In this document: positions 26,449 to 32,000 of the stretch, in pieces
Position numbering within the stretch: the stretch's first letter is position 1
How the letters are laid out: the number at the start of each line of letters is the position of its first letter
Assembly: GCF_000020025.1 (NCBI RefSeq)
Contig: NC_010628.1
Location: 4,110,001-4,142,000, forward strand
Direction of reading: 5' to 3'
Source: Nostoc punctiforme PCC 73102
GTDB taxonomy: Bacteria; Cyanobacteriota; Cyanobacteriia; Cyanobacteriales; Nostocaceae
DNA length: 32,000 bases
Notes under the pieces: model-generated
Seen by the model: the letters and a program-made list of their open reading frames with translations, nothing else
Databases searched by the model: none
What the model was told of the DNA's origin: nothing
Translations under genes and position numbers: made by a program

Positions 26449-27223
26449 CGATAACTTCTGTACCTTCCTTTCCGTTTAGTTGACTCAAACGCAAAACTAT
26501 ATCTTCTAATTTGTATACATGGCTGTCAAAGTCGTTTTTCAGTTTGTCATATTTTCCTGATGACAATGATTTAATGACCACTTCAACGTTTTCTTGGTAA
26601 AGCTTGTTAGCTTTTTCTATTGCCTCTTGCCTCTGATTCAGTCCCTTTAAAACATGACTTGCTATTAAATCCTGTGTTTCTTTATCAGGCAACGGAATTA
26701 GTGTTTTATTGACATCACTGTCTAGTATGGCAGGATAACTAGATCCAGTCGAAAATTTCCTAAACTGCTCCAGCGTACTAGCTAAACGAATCGCAAAGTG
26801 AAGATAAAATGGGTTAACCTCTTTTTTAGGGCGTATTACACTAAAACCAGTTGAGCATATTTGGTTATGATAAATTTCGGGTATAACTGCAATCGCTCCT
26901 CTAGTTGGTCGGCACGTAGAAATAATTAAATCGTAAGCGTTTACTACTTTTCTGGCTCTAGAAGGAGCTTCACTTCCTAAAAGTTCTTGAGGTGAAACAA
27001 TAACTCCAGTGCTTACATCTACGCTCGAAATATCAATATAGATAAACTCTTCATCTGGTTTCTTGGTTGGATCTCTTTTTGTCTGGACTATATTAGCAGC
27101 GTAAGAGATTGGCTTTAAGCTATCTGGATGGAGCTGCTTGATTCCTTCTGGTGGTAAGTGATAGTCAATATCCCAACGCCCCTCTGAGTGAAGAGCAAGT
27201 AAACTTTCTAGTCGATACTTCAT
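26441..27223 (-). CDS. HsdS-like DNA specificity subunit with a single target-recognition domain
   Basis: Typical Methylase_S pattern: FIYIDISSVD...APSRARKVVNAYDLIISTCRPTRGAIAVIP...STGFSVIRPK...YLHFAIRL...GSSYPAILDSDVNKTLIPLPDKETQDLIA, followed by a coiled-coil tail. Its ATG overlaps the methylase stop (TAATG). Confidence 0.85.
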   Translation of the reverse strand: MKYRLESLLALHSEGRWDIDYHLPPEGIKQLHPDSLKPISYAANIVQTKRDPTKKPDEEFIYIDISSVDVSTGVIVSPQELLGSEAPSRARKVVNAYDLIISTCRPTRGAIAVIPEIYHNQICSTGFSVIRPKKEVNPFYLHFAIRLASTLEQFRKFSTGSSYPAILDSDVNKTLIPLPDKETQDLIASHVLKGLNQRQEAIEKANKLYQENVEVVIKSLSSGKYDKLKNDFDSHVYKLEDIVLRLSQLNGKEGTEVIGG

Positions 27224-29067
27224 TACCAACCCACCTGATTATGAAATTCTTGTATTGCCAAGCTTATTTCGCTACCAGATTTAGCTCGACCAGTAGCATC
27301 AAATCCTATATTTTCTAATTCACAAAGAAACACTTTCGATTCTTTATCCCTCTTCTCACCATTCTTATATTTTTGAAATACGCATAATGAGGTTTTAACC
27401 ATTGCTCCGTATGGGTTGAATGCCTCTTCAGGCAAGCTGATTACAGCTTTTATCTTTGCAACATTCTCAACCCAATCACGAACAAATATAGAACTCTTAT
27501 TCTTTAAAAGCCCATCTGGAAGAACGATAGAAAGTTTTCCTCCAGGCTTCAAAAACTGAAAACATCTTTCTAACCCTAGAATTTCTAATGGCAAAGATTT
27601 TTTCTTGTGTCCTAATTGGAATCTCCCCACCATTTCCATTACCTCTTGTCTCATTATCGAGCCAAAAGGTGGATTAGTAAGAATCATTGAAAAAACTTCT
27701 GGAGTATCATCTTCTGAGTCATTTAATGCAACGATATCTGGGTAATTCTCAAAACTAAGTAAAGCATCTAAATTCCTAATATTAGTGTGTCCATCATCGT
27801 GTAGCATCATATCTGTCATGGCAATTCTAACCATTCTTTCGGATTTTTCTATGCCATGAAGATGAAAAAACTTAAACTGATGTAAGGTATAGGAATCAAG
27901 AGTAGCTCCTTGATGCTGAACAACATAATCCAAACAACGACTCAAAAAATGACCCGAACCGCAAAACGGATCAAGTATCATATCTGAAGCAGTAGGTTTC
28001 ATAATGCCTACAGCTAGATCAACAATAGGAGGTGGCGTAAAATACTGACCCATACCTGCACGTATAGCTGAACCTAAAACAGATTGAAATGCAGAACCTT
28101 TAATATCAGCTTTACTATCAATGAATGAAAATTCTTGAAGCTTTTCTACTATTTTAAAGAGTGCAACATCACTTAACTTGATAGGTGTTTTGAATACACC
28201 TCTGGATCTTTCGTAGCCTGGTATTCTTTGGTTGTATATCTCAATTTCCTTATTTCTAGCATTTTGATATAGTTCCCGAATAATCGAAGCTGCTTCTGAA
28301 GGATTACTAGCTCCATAAGTTTGAAAATTAAATTCTGCGCCCTCCTCTTTTTCCACAGTAGAGCGTTCATCAAATATTTTTACATAGATTATTTTTGCAA
28401 GTTCATCTAAAGCTTCATCATCATGTAGACCATCAACATCACGCACGATATTATGACATTCAACAAGAAGCTTACTATATTTCTCTGTAATAGGCTGAAG
28501 CCCAGTTTTTCTTGAAGGATCTGATTTTGGTATCTCTCTAATGAGTTTAACTTTAATTGAAGAGCCGCCACCAAAAGCAGGAATATCAGCTATGTATTCA
28601 AAGTCATTAGGATCAATTTTCTTTCTGATACAGCGAACTTCTTTACCGTCTGTTACCAACCCAATAGTTGCTGTATGAGTAGATGCCAAGTACGTTTCTA
28701 ATTGTCTTTCGGCTTCTTGAAACTCCTGTGATAAGACATTTTTCTTTTTTGTTTCAACATACAGAAATGGTCGGCGATTTGAGTTTTTGATTGCAATGTC
28801 CGCTTGTTTTTCGGAAGAACCCATTTTTACAGGTTCTTCTATTGTCAGCCGTTCCCCAATCCAACTTTCTGGATAACCATATTCAACTATCAGTTGATAT
28901 AAAGCCCATTGGCGAACAAACTCTTCTATAACTTCTTCAGCCCCTTCATAAGTTCCGTTTTTAGCGTGCCACTCTTCGGCTCTCTTTCTAGCCGATGCAA
29001 CGTCTCCACGACTAGAGAATTTCCAGTTACTTGGAGGTATGAGAAAAAATTCGCCTAGTTTAGCCAT
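27223..29067 (-). CDS. N6-adenine DNA methyltransferase (gamma class) fused to an N-terminal PD-(D/E)xK / HsdR_N-like domain
   Basis: Motif I is ILDPFCGSGHFL and motif IV is LTNPPFGS, in that order. The N-terminal block QADIAIKNSNRRPFLYVETKKK fits D...ExK. An SD (AGGTGG) lies 6 nt upstream of the ATG. Confidence 0.85.
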   Translation of the reverse strand: MAKLGEFFLIPPSNWKFSSRGDVASARKRAEEWHAKNGTYEGAEEVIEEFVRQWALYQLIVEYGYPESWIGERLTIEEPVKMGSSEKQADIAIKNSNRRPFLYVETKKKNVLSQEFQEAERQLETYLASTHTATIGLVTDGKEVRCIRKKIDPNDFEYIADIPAFGGGSSIKVKLIREIPKSDPSRKTGLQPITEKYSKLLVECHNIVRDVDGLHDDEALDELAKIIYVKIFDERSTVEKEEGAEFNFQTYGASNPSEAASIIRELYQNARNKEIEIYNQRIPGYERSRGVFKTPIKLSDVALFKIVEKLQEFSFIDSKADIKGSAFQSVLGSAIRAGMGQYFTPPPIVDLAVGIMKPTASDMILDPFCGSGHFLSRCLDYVVQHQGATLDSYTLHQFKFFHLHGIEKSERMVRIAMTDMMLHDDGHTNIRNLDALLSFENYPDIVALNDSEDDTPEVFSMILTNPPFGSIMRQEVMEMVGRFQLGHKKKSLPLEILGLERCFQFLKPGGKLSIVLPDGLLKNKSSIFVRDWVENVAKIKAVISLPEEAFNPYGAMVKTSLCVFQKYKNGEKRDKESKVFLCELENIGFDATGRAKSGSEISLAIQEFHNQVGW

Positions 29068-29720
29068 TAGCTACCACCTAAAATTGCTAAACTTGAATAT
29101 AACACGAATTGTGTAAAATACATTTTTTTATTTACACAAATTGTGTAAATATTGCGTTCCTGGCAGGCTTCTCCTTTGAATAGATCGGGCGCAGAGGTTT
29201 TGAGTTCTGCTTCTGCTTGTTGCAAGCAGGTGATTGAATCTTGCGTGTTACCAGGGATTGAGCGGCATCTTTCCATTGCTGCCCCTACTTGCTGCTGGAG
29301 GGCAATATTGCCGACTGCGCGGTTGAATGCTACTTCTAGGTTGGCTCCGGCAGCGGTAAATTCAAGAATGTCACTATTGACAGTATTAATGTATCCTCGT
29401 ATAGCGAGTGTTCCACTTCTGAGTAAAGTGCCATTGTTAGCTAGTAGCCCGATAACCAGGATGGGCCATATCCAACTGGAGAGAGCTTTCATATCCTCTT
29501 GATTTATCCAGTTTTTGCCTAACTCAACCATAAAAAGGGTGAGTGTGGCGATCGCAAAAAACTGACCAACTTTGCACATTGAGCCATACAAGCTACCGTT
29601 GAGGGTTTCTTGCCAAAGTTCATTGAAACCTTCAGCTACTAGTTGCGCTCCGGCTGCGGCATTTTCTAAAATGTCTTGTCCAAAAAATGGGTCAGTTGCA
29701 ATTATGAGGTGTTCTAACAT
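29067..29720 (-). CDS. Hypothetical integral membrane protein of the T4SS operon (VirB6/TrbL-like role possible); 3' end probably remodelled by the R-M cassette
   Basis: Hydrophobic segments include VGQFFAIATLTLFMV and WIWPILVIGLLA. The last ~30 codons run through the AT-rich repeat region assigned to the R-M promoter. Confidence 0.45.
   Translation of the reverse strand: MLEHLIIATDPFFGQDILENAAAGAQLVAEGFNELWQETLNGSLYGSMCKVGQFFAIATLTLFMVELGKNWINQEDMKALSSWIWPILVIGLLANNGTLLRSGTLAIRGYINTVNSDILEFTAAGANLEVAFNRAVGNIALQQQVGAAMERCRSIPGNTQDSITCLQQAEAELKTSAPDLFKGEACQERNIYTICVNKKMYFTQFVLYSSLAILGGS
29068..29153 (-). promoter_or_regulatory. AT-rich putative promoter/operator of the R-M cassette
   Basis: The 9-mer TTGTGTAAA occurs three times (29109..29117 forward, 29131..29139 reverse, 29141..29149 forward). 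The last two form a perfect 19-bp palindrome, TTTACACAA-A-TTGTGTAAA. On the minus strand there is also a -10-like TATATT and the SD AGGTGG. Confidence 0.45.
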
Positions 29721-29789
29721 AGTACTTGGTTAACAGGCGTGAAGGTTTGGTCATCTCAATTGCAGAGATGACCAACTAATTAGGGTGAA

Positions 29790-30521
29790 TTATTGCCCAG
29801 CAGTAGTTTTGAGACTACTAAACCCGCTGATTTCGATGTACTGGGCGCTGATACCGTCCATCATCAGGTTTTGACGACGGCGATCGCTTGCCCCCTGTTC
29901 GGCAAGTTGACTTAGCATCAGGTTAGTTTGCTGGACATCGTGCCGTGCTTGCAGTCCGTCGGTGCGGGATTGCCCCAACATTGAGACAATTTGCGAGTTT
30001 TGGGCAGCAATGACCTTGAGGATGTTTTGTGAAGCATCCATTGCTTGTGCAGATTCCGCGAGTTCTTTGGCCTCAGCTACAGTTTGTTCAGTTGCTTCTA
30101 TTTCATTTTTGGTACGTTCCTGACCGACTTCCCCTAAGACGCTTTCGACTGTGGCGCGGGTGGTTTCTCTCTCCAGTTCGTTAGCTGCTGATACTGCACC
30201 CTCGACAGTGTTACTTTCATTCCAGTTACCCTTGCTCTTGAGTTGCTCTTTGAGCTTTTCGGCTGAATTTACTGGGTCTGGCATATCCATACTGCCAGTC
30301 TGAATAGCAGTTTTAGCTTCGCTTTTCATCCCACCCCAATTATTAGCTGCTGCGGTGAGTTCGTTTTTGGTTTCCTCAAAATAGTTATTGAATTTGCCTA
30401 AAACCTTGAAGAAATCGTCAATTGAAAAGGCATAACTGGGTGCTGTACCGAGTAAAGTAACCAGACCAATTATTGACCCGATTATTACCCCTTTCTTAGT
30501 AAACTTGAACTTTTGTTTCAT
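29790..30521 (-). CDS. Secreted coiled-coil protein of the T4SS operon (TrbJ/VirB5-like role possible)
   Basis: The signal peptide is MKQKFKFTKKGVIIGSIIGLVTLLGTAPSYA. The rest is Ala/Glu/Gln-rich and helical. No family was recognised with confidence. Confidence 0.4.
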   Translation of the reverse strand: MKQKFKFTKKGVIIGSIIGLVTLLGTAPSYAFSIDDFFKVLGKFNNYFEETKNELTAAANNWGGMKSEAKTAIQTGSMDMPDPVNSAEKLKEQLKSKGNWNESNTVEGAVSAANELERETTRATVESVLGEVGQERTKNEIEATEQTVAEAKELAESAQAMDASQNILKVIAAQNSQIVSMLGQSRTDGLQARHDVQQTNLMLSQLAEQGASDRRRQNLMMDGISAQYIEISGFSSLKTTAGQ

Positions 30522-30559
30522 ACTTTTGGCGGATAAAATAACCAATGTGGCAATTAAAT

Positions 30560-32000
30560 TTAAGCCACTTGTTTATGATTTATTGATTCTTCCTTTTCCA
30601 AACCCAGGTTATCTGTTAGTTTTTCTTCTATAATTTTTGCTGGCTTGAATTGCTTATTGTTATTGTTATTGTTATTGTTATTGTTATTGTTATTGTTATT
30701 GTTATCCAGTAATTGTTGTGCTTCTTCGCTTAACTCATCTCCCCGAAGCATTTGTATGTATGCCTCAGAAAATCTCACCATACCCAGCATTGGATTATCG
30801 GCATATTTATTGAGGAAGAGAGTGCGTAATTCTTGCTCGTTCGGGTTATTTGCTACGGCTGCAAGCAAGCAATAAGCAGGGTAATACCTACAGAAAGTAA
30901 GTTTGCCATTATCGTCAAGTAACCACTGCGAGTAAATACTTTCACGTTTTGGGAAGAATGCTTCGGTACTATTACGCGAGATAATTTCATAAGGATATTT
31001 AAACCTGTTAACAAATGGGTCAACTGCCGATGTTTGAATCCGACCGATAAGGCGGGTTGTGATGTTAGCAAATATCTTGAAAGCAGACTTACTTTGGAAA
31101 ATACTTTCTGGTTCTTGGGCAGATAAAATTACACGTATACCTGCTTTTGCACCGTTGGCGCAGAGTCTACCAATTAGCTCGGCTATGCTGTCAAAATTGA
31201 ATAAAATCGGCGCTTCGTCTAAGAAAAATATTGATACTTTAGATGATAAAGCTCTACGTAATGCTGCGGAATAGGCGCTAAGGGCAAGAACTGCGGCATC
31301 AGCTTCGCTCCCAAGCGATCGCAGTGCGAATACCAGTAGTCGCGCATCAGTTCTAAAGCTAGATGGATTAGCGATTGATTGCCCAACTCGTGAATTTAGC
31401 CAAAACTTTAATCGCAATCTGATTTGGTCAAGAGCATTAAGAATTTCTTTACTATTATTGGTGATGGAATCGAGTTTGATAAACCCAGGCGAACAATAAT
31501 TGTAAAAATCTTTAAGTGTTGGAATATCTGCCCATTCCTGTGTTCCTAATCCATTTTCTAATGCTAGCTTATACCGAAGTTTGATATCTTCATCGTTGTA
31601 AAAAGTTTCAATTGTAATTGTAATGATACTCTCGATATTTGATATCATTGTTGGGCTTACCCCTACAGGGTTCGTCCCTAATACCATTATCATTAGTGTT
31701 GATTTCAAGAATTCCTTGAAATCGGTCATCCTTTCCTTAATAACTTCCGGCTCATACCCCCTTAAATCAGGTAATTCAAATAGGTTGTTCGACTCTTTAC
31801 TAATATCGAAATACGCCCCTTCTTCTCCCATAAATTTGGTATAGTCAGTAAACGTGCTAGTACCATCGGGTTTAGGATAATCAAGTGCAATTACAGGAAT
31901 GCCTTGAGCCAAGGCAGGTGTTAATAGACCTGCTACTAAGACAGATTTACCAGCACGGGTAGTACCAAAAATAGCGAGATTTTTGTGCTGTTTGTACAAG
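30560..32000 (-). CDS. VirB4/TrbE/CagE-like T4SS ATPase, C-terminal ATPase domain (5' end outside the window)
   Basis: Walker A is IFGTTRAGKS and Walker B is IFFLDEAPILF, followed by ILSAQEP. The ORF is open to the window edge. It carries a poly-Asn run near the C-terminus. Confidence 0.85.
   Translation of the reverse strand, partial: LYKQHKNLAIFGTTRAGKSVLVAGLLTPALAQGIPVIALDYPKPDGTSTFTDYTKFMGEEGAYFDISKESNNLFELPDLRGYEPEVIKERMTDFKEFLKSTLMIMVLGTNPVGVSPTMISNIESIITITIETFYNDEDIKLRYKLALENGLGTQEWADIPTLKDFYNYCSPGFIKLDSITNNSKEILNALDQIRLRLKFWLNSRVGQSIANPSSFRTDARLLVFALRSLGSEADAAVLALSAYSAALRRALSSKVSIFFLDEAPILFNFDSIAELIGRLCANGAKAGIRVILSAQEPESIFQSKSAFKIFANITTRLIGRIQTSAVDPFVNRFKYPYEIISRNSTEAFFPKRESIYSQWLLDDNGKLTFCRYYPAYCLLAAVANNPNEQELRTLFLNKYADNPMLGMVRFSEAYIQMLRGDELSEEAQQLLDNNNNNNNNNNNNNNNNKQFKPAKIIEEKLTDNLGLEKEESINHKQVA
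30654..30706. repeat. Hexanucleotide microsatellite (TTATTG)x8.8 inside the VirB4-like gene, encoding about 16 consecutive Asn
   Basis: Read directly. The minus strand has alternating AAC/AAT codons between GAT (Asp) and AAG (Lys). Confidence 0.9.

Overview
The window looks like chromosomal DNA from a filamentous, Nostoc/Anabaena-like cyanobacterium. That assignment is inferred from heptamer STRR-type repeats, small palindromic dispersed repeats and the gene content. No rRNA, tRNA or CRISPR array was recognised.

Region 1-8.2 kb is housekeeping-like:
- The 3' part of a G6PD gene.
- A phosphoglucomutase gene whose 3' end is split off by a ~1.33 kb ISAzo13-family IS. Terminal inverted repeats, a 5-bp target duplication and the displaced pgm tail are all visible.
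- An atypical LuxR-type response regulator, translationally coupled to an HtrA-like protease.
- A second HtrA-like paralogue whose catalytic His and Ser are substituted.
- A TenA-family gene.

Region 8.5-12.4 kb is a class II lanthipeptide locus. It has a ProcM-like LanM with a CCG cyclase motif and one Nif11-leader precursor with a predicted 20-aa core. No transporter/peptidase gene is present.

Region 12.9-19.3 kb holds:
- Two uncharacterised membrane proteins.
- A HEAT/zinc-ribbon/beta-helix gene broken by a single in-frame TAA.
- A full-length Mpa/ARC-like (proteasomal-type) AAA+ ATPase, which is unexpected in a cyanobacterium.

Region 19.3-21.3 kb has two adjacent IS4-family copies, one of them a truncated pseudogene.

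Region 21.3-32 kb is a minus-strand conjugative type IV secretion operon: coupling protein, VirB9-like, VirB10-like and VirB4-like proteins, plus unknowns. A low-GC restriction-modification cassette is embedded in it. The cassette encodes a nuclease-like/methyltransferase fusion and a single-TRD specificity subunit, and carries its own palindromic operator-like region.

All calls come from reading the ORF translations and the DNA by eye. No searches were run.
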